Assembly (NCBI GenBank): GCA_947508145.1 | Contig: CANNRV010000001.1 | Coordinates: forward strand, 1 to 44,442 | Length of the DNA stretch: 44,442 bases | From: Comamonadaceae bacterium | Lineage (GTDB): Bacteria; Pseudomonadota; Gammaproteobacteria; Burkholderiales; Burkholderiaceae_C | Reading direction: 5' to 3' | Shown here: piece by piece, positions 30,195-40,129 of the stretch | Numbering within the stretch: position 1 is the stretch's first letter | How the letters are laid out: each line of letters starts with the position of its first letter | Made by a program: the position numbers and the translations under genes | The notes under the pieces: model-generated | Seen by the model: only the letters and a program-made list of their open reading frames with translations | Told to the model about the DNA's origin: nothing | Database searches by the model: none

Positions 30195-30499
30195 ACGTCA
30201 CACTCGGACATTACCTGACCTTGGGCGCAGTGCTGTTTGCCTTGTCTGTCATTGGTATTTTTTTGAACCGCAAAAACCTGATCGTGCTTTTAATGGCGAT
30301 TGAGCTGATGCTGCTGGCGGTGAACACCAATTTCGTTGCCTTCTCGCATTACCTGGGCGATATGCAAGGACAGATTTTTGTATTTTTCATTCTCACCGTT
30401 GCAGCTGCTGAATCAGCCATCGGCCTGGCCATTCTGGTGCTGTTATTCCGCAACCGGTCCAGCGTCAACGTTGACGAACTCAATAGCCTCAAAGGCTGA
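30191..30499 (+). CDS. nuoK: NADH-quinone oxidoreductase subunit K
   Basis: LMAIELML and [11 protein letters not shown] motifs. Confidence 0.97.
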   Translation: MNVTLGHYLTLGAVLFALSVIGIFLNRKNLIVLLMAIELMLLAVNTNFVAFSHYLGDMQGQIFVFFILTVAAAESAIGLAILVLLFRNRSSVNVDELNSLKG

Positions 30500-30513
30500 T
30501 CCCAACACACACC

Positions 30514-32520
30514 ATGAGTCAATCCATACAAGCTTCCACATTGATAGCCGTCGCGCTGGCCCCTTTGGCCGGGGCGATGCTTGCTGGCATCTGGGGCACA
30601 CAACTTGGCGGCGCTGGCATCAGCCGCCGCTGGTCACACAGTCTGACCATATTGGGTGTCTTTATTTCATTCGCTCTGTCACTGATGACTTTGCAGGACG
30701 TGGTGACAGACGGTGCCCGGTTCAACGAAACGCTCTACACCTGGATGCAGGTCGGCGACTTGAAGATGGAAGTCGGCTTCATGGTCGACGGCCTCACCGC
30801 CATGATGATGTGCGTCGTCACCTTTGTTTCATTGATGGTGCATATCTACACCATGGGTTACATGGAAGAAGACGAAGGCTATAACCGTTTCTTCGCCTAT
30901 ATCTCCTTGTTCACCTTCGCCATGCTGATGCTGGTGATGAGCAATAACCTGTTGCAATTGTTTTTTGGCTGGGAAGCGGTTGGCTTGGTGTCTTATTTGT
31001 TGATCGGCTTTTGGTTCAACAAACCCAGCGCCGTGTTTGCCAATATGAAAGCCTTCCTGGTCAACCGGGTGGGTGACTTCGGTTTTATTTTGGGCATAGG
31101 TTTGATCTCAGCCTTTGCCGGTACGCTGAATTACACCGAGGTGTTTGCCAAAGCCGCAGACTTGTCCGTTCTTTCTCTGCCTGGCACCGACTGGATGCTG
31201 GTCACTGTCGTTTGCATTTGTTTGTTCATTGGTGCCATGGGCAAATCGGCGCAATTTCCACTGCATGTGTGGTTGCCTGATTCCATGGAAGGCCCCACAC
31301 CTATTTCTGCATTGATCCACGCGGCCACCATGGTGACCGCCGGTATCTTCATGGTGGCCCGCATGTCGCCGCTGTTTGAGTTGTCTGATACCGCATTAAA
31401 TCTCGTGATGGTCATTGGTTCCATCACGGCTTTATTCATGGGCTTTTTGGGCATCGTGCAAAACGACATCAAACGTGTGGTGGCTTATTCCACCTTGTCG
31501 CAACTCGGTTATATGACTGTGGCTTTGGGTGCCTCTGCTTATTCAGTGGCGGTGTTCCACTTGATGACCCATGCGTTTTTCAAAGCGCTGTTGTTCCTCG
31601 GAGCAGGTTCGGTCATCATGGGCGTGCACCACAACCAAGACATACGCTACATGGGCGGGCTGCGCAAATACATGCCCATCACCTGGCTGACTTCATTGCT
31701 CGGTTCGCTGGCTTTGATTGGTACGCCTTTGTTTTCTGGTTTTTATTCGAAAGACAGCATCATCGAAGCCGTTGCAGCCAGCCATTTGCCAGCGGCGCAA
31801 TGGGCGCATTTCGCGGTTTTGGCTGGCGTGTTTGTCACCGCGTTTTATTCTTTCCGCATGTACTTTCTGGTGTTCCACGGCAAAGAGCGTTTCGACCAAG
31901 ACCCGCATGCCCACCATGATGACCACGGTCATGCGCATGCCCCGCACGAGTCGCCTTGGGTAGTCACTCTGCCTTTGGTGTTGCTGGCCATACCGTCTGT
32001 ATGCATTGGTTACTTCACCATCGAGTACATGCTGTTCGGTGATTTCTTTAAAGATGCCATTCAAGTGAACACAGTGATTCACCCCGCCATGGCCGAGTTG
32101 CATGAAGCTTTTCACAGTCCCATGGCCATGGCCGAACATGCGCTTACCTCATTGCCTTTCATATTGGCCGTTGCAGGTGTGTTGACAGCGTTTTACATGT
32201 ACATGATTCATCCGGCGGTACCGGCCTTCATTGAGCGTCATTTCAAGCCCGTGCACACCTTGCTGGTGAACAAATATTTCTTGGATGATTTCAACGAAAA
32301 GATACTGGCGCGTGGCACCCGTTGGTTGGCCACAGGTTTGTGGAAGGGCGGCGATCAAGCGGTGATTGACGGTTTTGTCGTCAACGGCTCTTGGCACGTC
32401 ATTGGCAAACTGGCTTTGTTCGCACGTCGTTTGCAAACCGGTTTCCTCTATCACTATGCCTTGTTGATGATTTTGGGCATGTTCGGTTTGATCACTTGGT
32501 TCGTTTGGCTCAAACCATGA
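30514..32520 (+). CDS. nuoL: NADH-quinone oxidoreductase subunit L
   Basis: GKSAQFPLHVWLPDSMEGPTPISALIHAATMV and HAFFKALLF motifs. Confidence 0.97.
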   Translation: MSQSIQASTLIAVALAPLAGAMLAGIWGTQLGGAGISRRWSHSLTILGVFISFALSLMTLQDVVTDGARFNETLYTWMQVGDLKMEVGFMVDGLTAMMMCVVTFVSLMVHIYTMGYMEEDEGYNRFFAYISLFTFAMLMLVMSNNLLQLFFGWEAVGLVSYLLIGFWFNKPSAVFANMKAFLVNRVGDFGFILGIGLISAFAGTLNYTEVFAKAADLSVLSLPGTDWMLVTVVCICLFIGAMGKSAQFPLHVWLPDSMEGPTPISALIHAATMVTAGIFMVARMSPLFELSDTALNLVMVIGSITALFMGFLGIVQNDIKRVVAYSTLSQLGYMTVALGASAYSVAVFHLMTHAFFKALLFLGAGSVIMGVHHNQDIRYMGGLRKYMPITWLTSLLGSLALIGTPLFSGFYSKDSIIEAVAASHLPAAQWAHFAVLAGVFVTAFYSFRMYFLVFHGKERFDQDPHAHHDDHGHAHAPHESPWVVTLPLVLLAIPSVCIGYFTIEYMLFGDFFKDAIQVNTVIHPAMAELHEAFHSPMAMAEHALTSLPFILAVAGVLTAFYMYMIHPAVPAFIERHFKPVHTLLVNKYFLDDFNEKILARGTRWLATGLWKGGDQAVIDGFVVNGSWHVIGKLALFARRLQTGFLYHYALLMILGMFGLITWFVWLKP

Positions 32521-32563
32521 AAAACACTTTGACTTTAACCCGGTACCCACACAGAGAGTTGCC

Positions 32564-34042
32564 ATGGAAATGCTGAGCCTGGCCATATGGACCCCTATAG
32601 TTTTTGGCGTTTTGCTGCTCGTCCTGGGGCGCGACGAGCATGCGCATTCGGTGCGCTGGTTTGCCTTGATCGGTGCCGTCGTCAGTTTTCTGTTGACACT
32701 GCCGCTTTACTTTCAGTTCAACCCCGCGACTGCGGATATGCAATTTGTTGAACTGCTGCCCTGGATTGACCGCTTCAACATCCACTACCACCTGGGTCTG
32801 GATGGCATTTCTTTGTGGTTTGTGCTGCTCACCTCATTCATCACCGTAGTGGTGGTGATTGCAGGCTGGGAAGTGATCACCGAACGAGTCAATCAATACA
32901 TGGGCGCATTTCTGGTGCTCAGTGGTTTGCTGATTGGCGTGTTCTGCGCTTTGGATGCGATGCTGTTTTATGTGTTTTTCGAAGCCACGCTGATTCCCAT
33001 GTACCTCATCATCGGGGTGTGGGGCGGCCCCAACAAAATTTACGCAGCTTTCAAATTCTTTTTGTACACCTTGCTCGGTTCTTTGTTGATGCTGGTGGCA
33101 CTGATTTATTTGTACATTGCATCTGAAGGCAGTTTTGATCTGGCCACATGGCAACAAATGCCTTTGGCTTTGACACCTCAGACTTTTCTGTTCTTTGCGT
33201 TCTTTGCCGCATTCGCAGTCAAAGTGCCGATGTGGCCGGTACACACCTGGTTGCCTGATGTGCACGTGGAAGCGCCCACCGGTGGTTCTGCCGTGCTGGC
33301 CGCCATCATGTTGAAACTGGGTGCTTACGGCTTCTTGCGTTTTTCTTTACCGATTGCACCTGATGCATCGCACGAATGGGCTTGGTTGATGTTGGCTTTG
33401 TCCTTGGTGGCGGTGGTCTATGTCGGTCTGGTGGCGATCGTTCAGCAAGACATGAAAAAACTGGTGGCGTATTCGTCTGTGGCGCACATGGGCTTTGTCA
33501 CTTTCGGTTTTTTCATGTTCAGTGAATTGGGTGTCATCGGCGGCATCGTGCAAATGATTGCCCACGGCTTCGTGTCTGCGGCCATGTTCTTGTGCATCGG
33601 TGTGCTTTACGACAGAGTGCATTCACGCGAAATCGCCAGTTACGGCGGCGTGGTCAACACCATGCCTAAATTTGCTGCATTTGCTTTGTTGTTTGCCATG
33701 GCCAATTGCGGCTTGCCCGGTACCGCCGGTTTTGTCGGCGAGTGGATGGTCATCCTGGCCGCCGTCAAATTCAATTTCTGGCTGGGCATGCTGGCCGCAT
33801 CTGCTTTGGTGTTTGGTGCTGCTTACACCTTGTGGATGGTCAAACGTGTTTACCTCGGGCCGGTGGTGAATGAAGATGTCAAGGCGCTGACAGACATCAA
33901 CGCCCGTGAAATGTTGATGCTCAGCTTGCTGGCTGTTGCTGTGTTGTGGATGGGTATCTATCCCAAGCCCTTCACCGATGTCATGAATGCGTCCGTTACC
34001 CAATTGCTACAGCAAGTGGCCATAGGCAAATTACCGCTATGA
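32564..34042 (+). CDS. nuoM: NADH-quinone oxidoreductase subunit M
   Basis: KVPMWPVHTWLPDVHVEAPTGGS and AYSSVAHMG motifs. Confidence 0.97.
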   Translation: MEMLSLAIWTPIVFGVLLLVLGRDEHAHSVRWFALIGAVVSFLLTLPLYFQFNPATADMQFVELLPWIDRFNIHYHLGLDGISLWFVLLTSFITVVVVIAGWEVITERVNQYMGAFLVLSGLLIGVFCALDAMLFYVFFEATLIPMYLIIGVWGGPNKIYAAFKFFLYTLLGSLLMLVALIYLYIASEGSFDLATWQQMPLALTPQTFLFFAFFAAFAVKVPMWPVHTWLPDVHVEAPTGGSAVLAAIMLKLGAYGFLRFSLPIAPDASHEWAWLMLALSLVAVVYVGLVAIVQQDMKKLVAYSSVAHMGFVTFGFFMFSELGVIGGIVQMIAHGFVSAAMFLCIGVLYDRVHSREIASYGGVVNTMPKFAAFALLFAMANCGLPGTAGFVGEWMVILAAVKFNFWLGMLAASALVFGAAYTLWMVKRVYLGPVVNEDVKALTDINAREMLMLSLLAVAVLWMGIYPKPFTDVMNASVTQLLQQVAIGKLPL

Positions 34043-34079
34043 AATTCCCCGCCATGAACTTTTCAGGAAGCCAAGCAAG

Positions 34080-35564
34080 ATGAACACCGTCAATTGGCTG
34101 ACAGCCTTCCCAGAAATTTTTCTGCTGACCATGGCTTGTGTCATCAGTTTGTGCGACTTATGGGTCACATCGCCTCAGCGTGGTCTGACTTATGGCTTGA
34201 CGCTGCTCACCTTGGGTCTGGTGGCTTTGGCGCAAGCAGTGCTCGCCTCTACAGGGAATACTGTTTATGGCTTTGGTCACATGGTGGTCTCAGATGCCAT
34301 GGGCAACTGGCTTAAGTGCTTTGCCACTTTGTCTGTGATGGCGACATTGGTTTACGGCAAGCCTTATTCTGCCGACAGAAAAATGCTGCAAGGTGGTGAA
34401 CTGTTTATTCTCAGCATGTTCTCTTTGCTGGGCATGTTCATCATGATTTCGGGCAATAACTTCTTGGTGCTTTATTTAGGCCTTGAGTTGTTGACCCTGT
34501 CCAGTTATGCCTTGGTGGCCTTGCGACGCGATAACAGTAACGCCACCGAAGCCGCCATGAAGTACTTTGTGTTGGGTGCTTTAGCCAGTGGCTTTTTGCT
34601 TTATGGTTTGTCCATGTTGTACGGTGCTACCGGCACCTTGGATTTGACTGCTATTTTCCAGGCCACCTCTAGCGGCCATATCAAACACCAGGTGCTGGTG
34701 CTCGGCGTGGTGTTTGTGGTCTGCGGTATTGCTTTCAAACTCGGGGCCGCACCATTTCATATGTGGGTGCCGGATGTTTACCAAGGCGCACCCACAGCCG
34801 TCACTTTGATGATTGCCGGTGCACCCAAACTGGCTGCGTTTGCATTGATGATGCGTTTGCTGGTTGACGGCATGCTGCCCTTGGCGATTGACTGGCAGCA
34901 AATGTTGATGGTGCTCGCGGTAGTGTCCTTGCTGATAGGCAATGTGTCAGCTATTGCACAAACCAATCTCAAACGCATGCTGGCTTTTTCCACCATTTCA
35001 CAAATGGGCTTTGTGTTGATTGGCATGTTGTCCGGAGTGATAGGCGGCAATACCTTATCTGCTGCCAATGCGTACAGCTCAGCCATGTTCTACATGATCA
35101 GCTATGTGCTCACCACCTTGGGCGTGTTCGGGGTCATTTTGTTGTTGGCGCGTGAAGGCTTTGAGAGTGAAGAAATTTCTGACTTGGCTGGTTTGAACCA
35201 ACGCAACCCTTTGTATGCCGCTGTCATGGCGATTTGCCTGTTCTCATTAGCGGGTGTTCCACCCTTGGTTGGCTTTTTCGCGAAGTTATCGGTGTTGCAA
35301 GCCTTGGTGGCCTCCGAGCAAACCAGTGCCTTGGTGTTGGCGGTGTTTGCAGTCATGATGTCTTTGATCGGTGCGTTTTATTACCTGCGGGTCATCAAGG
35401 TCATGTACTTTGACCAACCGCTGACAGTCACCACAGTGTCCGCAGACAAACACGTCAAGGCGGTGTTGGTGATCAATGGCGGACTGGTGCTGGTGTTGGG
35501 CTTGCTTCCAGGTGGCTTGATGTCCTTATGTGCCGTAGCGGTTGTTCAAGCACTGGGGACCTGA
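34080..35564 (+). CDS. nuoN: NADH-quinone oxidoreductase subunit N
   Basis: EAAMKYF and FKLGAAPFHMWVPDVYQGAP motifs. Confidence 0.97.
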   Translation: MNTVNWLTAFPEIFLLTMACVISLCDLWVTSPQRGLTYGLTLLTLGLVALAQAVLASTGNTVYGFGHMVVSDAMGNWLKCFATLSVMATLVYGKPYSADRKMLQGGELFILSMFSLLGMFIMISGNNFLVLYLGLELLTLSSYALVALRRDNSNATEAAMKYFVLGALASGFLLYGLSMLYGATGTLDLTAIFQATSSGHIKHQVLVLGVVFVVCGIAFKLGAAPFHMWVPDVYQGAPTAVTLMIAGAPKLAAFALMMRLLVDGMLPLAIDWQQMLMVLAVVSLLIGNVSAIAQTNLKRMLAFSTISQMGFVLIGMLSGVIGGNTLSAANAYSSAMFYMISYVLTTLGVFGVILLLAREGFESEEISDLAGLNQRNPLYAAVMAICLFSLAGVPPLVGFFAKLSVLQALVASEQTSALVLAVFAVMMSLIGAFYYLRVIKVMYFDQPLTVTTVSADKHVKAVLVINGGLVLVLGLLPGGLMSLCAVAVVQALGT

Positions 35565-35592
35565 ACCGAATTGCTTTTGCCATAATGAAAGC

Positions 35593-36075
35593 ATGAAAGT
35601 TCTTAACCTTCAGTGCCAGCACCAACACCCATTCGAAGGCTGGTTTGCCAGCGAAGACGATTACCAAGCTCAACGCAGCCAAGAACTGATTGAATGTCCT
35701 GTGTGTGCCGACACCACTATCCAGAAAATGTTGACCGCACCCCGGCTCAACTTACTGACTTCACGGATAGATTCACACACGCAAGTCAACAGCGAAACCT
35801 CACATGAGATAGCGACCACCGCCGAACAGGCGGCTCCGGTTGCAAATACAGAACCGCAAATGGCTTGGCTGAAGATGGTGCAACACGTGATGGCCAACAC
35901 CGAAGATGTGGGCGCAGGATTTGCAGAAGAAGCCCGCAAAATGCATTACGGTGAAACCGAAGAACGCAATATCCGTGGACAGGTTTCCATCGAAGAAACA
36001 CGCGCTTTATTGGAAGAGGGCATATCCGTCATGCCCCTGCCGTTACCGGCTGCACTCAAAGGCCCGATTCACTGA
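35593..36075 (+). CDS. DUF1178 family protein (N-terminal Zn-ribbon-like)
   Basis: MKVLNLQCQHQHPFEGWF, CPVC, APRL and EDVG..FAEEARKMHYGE..R.IRG motifs. Start ATG 35593. Confidence 0.85.
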   Translation: MKVLNLQCQHQHPFEGWFASEDDYQAQRSQELIECPVCADTTIQKMLTAPRLNLLTSRIDSHTQVNSETSHEIATTAEQAAPVANTEPQMAWLKMVQHVMANTEDVGAGFAEEARKMHYGETEERNIRGQVSIEETRALLEEGISVMPLPLPAALKGPIH

Positions 36076-36111
36076 TATTCAGTTGAATAGGCAGTGAATC
36101 ACGGGCGGTGC

Positions 36112-36255
36112 TTATTTGTTTTTCAACTTGCCTCTGGGGGCGACAAATGTGATGGGTGCGCTGGGTCTGTCTCCCGGCACGATAGGCTTGGCCGGAGAGC
36201 TGTCTTTCTTAGGCTTTTTTGCCATTTTGTTGCTGCGTTGTTCGCCTTTGGCCAT
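36112..36255 (-). CDS. Small basic Lys/Pro-rich hypothetical protein (47 aa)
   Basis: Manual translation: MAKGEQRSNKMAKKPKKDSSPAKPIVPGDRPSAPITFVAPRGKLKNK*. AGGA RBS upstream. Below the ORF-track length cut-off. Confidence 0.7.
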   Translation of the reverse strand: MAKGEQRSNKMAKKPKKDSSPAKPIVPGDRPSAPITFVAPRGKLKNK

Positions 36256-36304
36256 GGTGGTTCCTGGTGTGTGGATGAAGCGGTCGAGTAAAGCAGCAGT
36301 TTGC

Positions 36305-36943
36305 TTACTTCACTTCGGTGAGAAAGTCTGACAGGGGGCGGCGCACTTTGACCAGGTTTTCCAACCAGTCTTGTCCGCTTGCACGGTAGCCCAAAGGCAT
36401 GATGGCCACGCTGCGCAAACCTTTGGCAGACAAATGCAAAATTTCATCTACTGCCTCGGGTTTGAATCCTTCCATGGGCGTGCTGTCCACTTCTTCGGCT
36501 GCGGCTGCAATTAATGCAAAGCCCATAGCGATATAAGCCTGACGTGCGGCGTGTTCAAAGTTAACTTGCGGATCGCGCACAGTGTAGTTTTTCAATAGCA
36601 TGTTGCGGTAGTTTTCCCAGCCCTCATTGGTGCCGCCCCGCAGGGACACGTTCAAATCAAACATGTGGTTGATCCGCTCGGGCGTGTAGTTGTCCCATGC
36701 TGCGAACACCAGCAAATGCGAGCCGTCGGTGACTTGAGATTGGTCATTGGCCACAGCACGTATTTGTTTGCGAACTTCTGCGTTGCTGATGACAAACACT
36801 TCAAAGGGTTGCAAACCGCTGGATGTAGGTGCCAGTCTGGCAGCTTCGATGATGCGATCCAACTTGTCTTGCGTGACCACTTTGGTCGGATCCATTTTTT
36901 TGGTGGCGTAACGCCATTGCAACTGTTCTAGTAATTGAGACAT
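36305..36943 (-). CDS. Nitroreductase-family NAD(P)H-dependent flavin oxidoreductase
   Basis: WRYATKK, LAPTSSGLQP, DSTPMEGF and LGYR...KVR motifs. Start ATG 36943 follows AGGA. Confidence 0.92.
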   Translation of the reverse strand: MSQLLEQLQWRYATKKMDPTKVVTQDKLDRIIEAARLAPTSSGLQPFEVFVISNAEVRKQIRAVANDQSQVTDGSHLLVFAAWDNYTPERINHMFDLNVSLRGGTNEGWENYRNMLLKNYTVRDPQVNFEHAARQAYIAMGFALIAAAAEEVDSTPMEGFKPEAVDEILHLSAKGLRSVAIMPLGYRASGQDWLENLVKVRRPLSDFLTEVK

Positions 36944-36957
36944 GTATACATCCTGTG

Positions 36958-38793
36958 TTATTTGACCCAATTGTCCTTCAATCCAACAGCACGGTTAAAC
37001 ACCAAGTTGTGTTCGCTGTGATCAACCCGGTCGGCAACAAAATAACCGAGACGTTCAAACTGAAATTTATCGTCAGCTTTGGCCTGTGCCAGTGAGGGCT
37101 CAACATAGGCTGTCACTGCTTTCAAGCTATCCGGGTTGAGCGACTGCAAAAAGTCTTTGCCGCCCGCATCCGGGTGTTCTTCAGAGAACAAGCGGTCATA
37201 TAAACGCACTTCAGCACGCAATGCATCCGCCACACCCACCCAGGTGATCACGCCTTTGGCTTTCACGCTGTCAGCACCCGCGGTACCGCTTTTGGTTTGC
37301 GGGAACACGGTGGCGTGTACTTCGCTTACTGCGCCATTGGCATCTTTCAAACAGCCTGTGCATTGAATGATGTAGCCACCTTTGAGGCGAATGACAGACC
37401 CGGGTGTGACACTGCCATCGGGGTTGGTCAGAGGCGGGCTCAATCGCTTGTAGCCCTTGGGCGGCACCTCGGCGAAGTCGTCGCGTTCTATCCAGACTTC
37501 TTTGCCTATAGAAAAATGCCTTGCTGCCACTTCATTTTGTCCCTCAGGCGCGTGCGGCAAAGCGGGCAGGGTGCATGGCTCTGAATGACCTGCGCCAAAG
37601 GCTTCATCCCAATTGGTCAGCACGAGTTTCAAAGGCTCTAACACTGCCATGGCGCGATGCGCTTTGAGCTCTAAGTCTTCACGCAAACAGCCTTCTAAGG
37701 TGCTGTAGTCAATCCAACTATCGCTTTTGGTCACACCAATGCGCTCGGCAAATGTTTGCAGACTCGCCGGTGTGTAGCCCCGGCGTCGCAGGCCGACGAT
37801 GGTGGGCATGCGCGGGTCGTCCCAGCCGCTGACATGGTGCTCGCTCACCAGTTGCGCGAGTTTGCGTTTGCTGGTCACCACATAGGTCAGGTTTAAACGC
37901 GCAAATTCGTATTGACGTGGTGGCGGTGTTTGTATCAAACCGCCTTCGCTCAAACGCGCCATCAGCCAGTCATAAAAAGGCCGTTGGTCTTCAAACTCTA
38001 AAGTGCAAATACTGTGCGTGATGTTTTCCAGCGCATCTTCGATGGGATGCGCAAAGGTGTACATGGGGTAAATGCACCAGGTGTCACCGGTGTGGTGGTG
38101 TGTGGCGTGGCGTATGCGGTAGATAGCCGGGTCGCGCATATTGATATTGGGCGAGGCCATGTCGATTTTGGCGCGCAACACTGCGCTGCCGTCTGGCAAT
38201 TGGCCTGCACGCATGTCAGCAAAGCGTTGCAGGTTGTCTTGAATTGAGCGTGAGCGAAATGGGCTGTCAATACCGGGCTTGCTGAAGTCGCCCCGGTTGA
38301 TACGCATGTCTTCGGCGCTTTGCTCATCCACATAGGCCAGACCTTGTTCAATCAAATACACCGCTGCACGGTGCATGAATTCAAAATAATCGCTGGCTTG
38401 GTAAGGCGATGCATCAGACGCGCCGTTCCAGTCAAAGCCCAACCATTTCACCGCGTCCATGATGCTGTTGACGTATTCCAAGTTTTCTTTTTCCGGATTG
38501 GTGTCATCAAACCGCAAGTGGCAAATGCCTTGGTAATCGCGTGCCAATCCGAAATTCAAGCAAATACTTTTCGCGTGTCCGACGTGCAAATAGCCATTGG
38601 GCTCAGGCGGAAAACGGGTGCGGATTTTGGCGGGGTCCAGTGCAGCTTGTGCATGGTGGGCAGCATCGCCCGGACTGCCAGCCCAGCGACGCTGTGCGTG
38701 TGTGCCTTGAACCAGATCAGATTCGATGATCTGGCGCAAAAAATTGCTGGGTTTGTGTTCGTGTTCGGCGGCTGGGGGTGCAGGTTTACTCAT
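36958..38793 (-). CDS. glnS: Glutaminyl-tRNA synthetase
   Basis: [42 protein letters not shown] and FQFERLGYF motifs. Confidence 0.97.
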   Translation of the reverse strand: MSKPAPPAAEHEHKPSNFLRQIIESDLVQGTHAQRRWAGSPGDAAHHAQAALDPAKIRTRFPPEPNGYLHVGHAKSICLNFGLARDYQGICHLRFDDTNPEKENLEYVNSIMDAVKWLGFDWNGASDASPYQASDYFEFMHRAAVYLIEQGLAYVDEQSAEDMRINRGDFSKPGIDSPFRSRSIQDNLQRFADMRAGQLPDGSAVLRAKIDMASPNINMRDPAIYRIRHATHHHTGDTWCIYPMYTFAHPIEDALENITHSICTLEFEDQRPFYDWLMARLSEGGLIQTPPPRQYEFARLNLTYVVTSKRKLAQLVSEHHVSGWDDPRMPTIVGLRRRGYTPASLQTFAERIGVTKSDSWIDYSTLEGCLREDLELKAHRAMAVLEPLKLVLTNWDEAFGAGHSEPCTLPALPHAPEGQNEVAARHFSIGKEVWIERDDFAEVPPKGYKRLSPPLTNPDGSVTPGSVIRLKGGYIIQCTGCLKDANGAVSEVHATVFPQTKSGTAGADSVKAKGVITWVGVADALRAEVRLYDRLFSEEHPDAGGKDFLQSLNPDSLKAVTAYVEPSLAQAKADDKFQFERLGYFVADRVDHSEHNLVFNRAVGLKDNWVK

Positions 38794-38823
38794 TCATTGA
38801 TTTTAGGCTGGTATTCAGGTGTG

Positions 38824-38864
38824 TTGACTGGCATTGATATGGTATGTATCATGAGATATACCGT
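38824..38864 (+). promoter_or_regulatory. vapBC sigma70 promoter with overlapping operator palindrome
   Basis: TTGACT (38824-29), 17-bp spacer, TATCAT (38847-52). Imperfect 26-bp palindrome at 38839-38864 centred on TCATGA. Confidence 0.7.
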
Positions 38865-38883
38865 CATGACAAAGAGGTGCAAC

Positions 38884-39135
38884 ATGGAACCAACCGCCAA
38901 AGTTTTTACCACCGGTCGAAGTCAAGCCGTGCGCTTGCCTCTGGAATACAGGTTTGATGTGCCCGAAGTGTTTATCCGGCATGACCCGCTCACAGGCGAT
39001 GTGGTGTTGTCACGCAAACCCAGTAATTGGCAGGGCTTGTTGGACGCTGTGGCATTGAATGCCAATGAAGACATGCTGATTGAACGTCGTCAACAAACAA
39101 ACAGACGAGATCCGTTTGAGGCGCGGAAAAAATGA
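38884..39135 (+). CDS. vapB: AbrB/MazE-type antitoxin (VapB/VagC-like)
   Basis: [24 protein letters not shown] signature. GAGG RBS; ATGA overlap with the toxin gene. It is the C-terminal part of track ORF 38320..39135. Confidence 0.9.
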   Translation: MEPTAKVFTTGRSQAVRLPLEYRFDVPEVFIRHDPLTGDVVLSRKPSNWQGLLDAVALNANEDMLIERRQQTNRRDPFEARKK

Positions 39136-39536
39136 ACCCTAGGTATTTGTTGGATACCAATGTCATCAGTCACATCATGCAAGGACGCGATACCAAGTTG
39201 CTGACGCGTTTATCCAAACTTCAAGTGGGACAAGCGGTGATTTCAAGCGTGACGCTGGCTGAAATCGAATACGGCATACAGCGCAGATCGCAATCAGTGA
39301 AACTCAGACAAGCCTTGGATCAGGTGTTGCTACACATGGATGTACTGCCTTGGGATACACCAGCTGCTGTGAGTTACGGCGAGTTATGCCATTCATTAGA
39401 AACGCAAGGCAGCAACCTGAGTGACTTGGACATGATGATTGCAGCGCATGCTGTTGCAGCGAAAGTCATATTGGTCAGCCGGGACAAGGCGTTCACGCAT
39501 ATTCCTAAACAGCGTTTAAAAGTAGAGATTTGGTAA
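39132..39536 (+). CDS. vapC: PIN-domain ribonuclease toxin VapC
   Basis: [26 protein letters not shown] and LVSRD acidic PIN residues. Confidence 0.92.
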   Translation: MNPRYLLDTNVISHIMQGRDTKLLTRLSKLQVGQAVISSVTLAEIEYGIQRRSQSVKLRQALDQVLLHMDVLPWDTPAAVSYGELCHSLETQGSNLSDLDMMIAAHAVAAKVILVSRDKAFTHIPKQRLKVEIW

Positions 39537-39556
39537 TTGCATTTCATGCATGTATT

Positions 39557-39970
39557 TCAAATCCATCCCAGCCATTCATGCCATATCAATTGACCCAGAT
39601 AACGTGAGGGCAGCAGCGTGAAGCCCCCGGCAATCACACAAGCGCTGACATAAAGACTTTGCATGGTGATGCGGTGTGTCACGAAATCACGTCGAATCAA
39701 GGCGCGAAACGCCGCCCATAAGCTGAGCAAAGTGACGGGTATCAATAAATGAATGGCTGTCAACCCATGAAAATTCGGCAAATTGAAATCAAGAATAAAA
39801 CAAGCCGTACCAGCTGCGAGCAGCATGAATGTGACATAAGCATAGCCTGCGGCGCGGTGCAGCCACGGGCGTTGCATTGCACCCATGCGAGCCCACAGCG
39901 CAAAGGGACCCAGAATGACCGCGCCTATGGCGGCAGTCATGTGTACGGCGATCAGGGGAGTGAGTTGCAT
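39557..39970 (-). CDS. DUF2306-like membrane protein
   Basis: Four to five TM helices with conserved-looking His residues (AVH, LHR..G..Y, IHLL, THRITM) and C-terminal FTLLPSR. Confidence 0.75.
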   Translation of the reverse strand: MQLTPLIAVHMTAAIGAVILGPFALWARMGAMQRPWLHRAAGYAYVTFMLLAAGTACFILDFNLPNFHGLTAIHLLIPVTLLSLWAAFRALIRRDFVTHRITMQSLYVSACVIAGGFTLLPSRYLGQLIWHEWLGWI

Positions 39971-40129
39971 GGTGATTTATCAACAAACCATTTTTTGGTG
40001 AATGCATGACGAAGTAATGGTGTTAGCCAATTAAAACCGGTTTTCTGCCAGGTTGCAATGAAATGATCAAACGCTTTATCCGTTTTGCTACTGAGCGACA
40101 CTTAGAATCGACAAACATAAATCACAAGG

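Noticed and set aside
31900-31950. His-rich loop in NuoL (HAHHDDHGHAHAPHE) and His-containing tails of Pnp, NuoF and NuoG
   Set aside because: His-rich loops at this NuoL position are common in proteobacteria. The tails are short and partly explained by overlap with downstream RBS/start sequences.
36094-36331. + strand ORFs of 65 and 71 aa
   Set aside because: No RBS or protein-like features. The minus-strand 47-aa ORF explains the region better.
38320-39135. 271-aa ORF as an extended antitoxin fusion
   Set aside because: The upstream part is antisense to glnS. The promoter, RBS and family signature place the real start at 38884.
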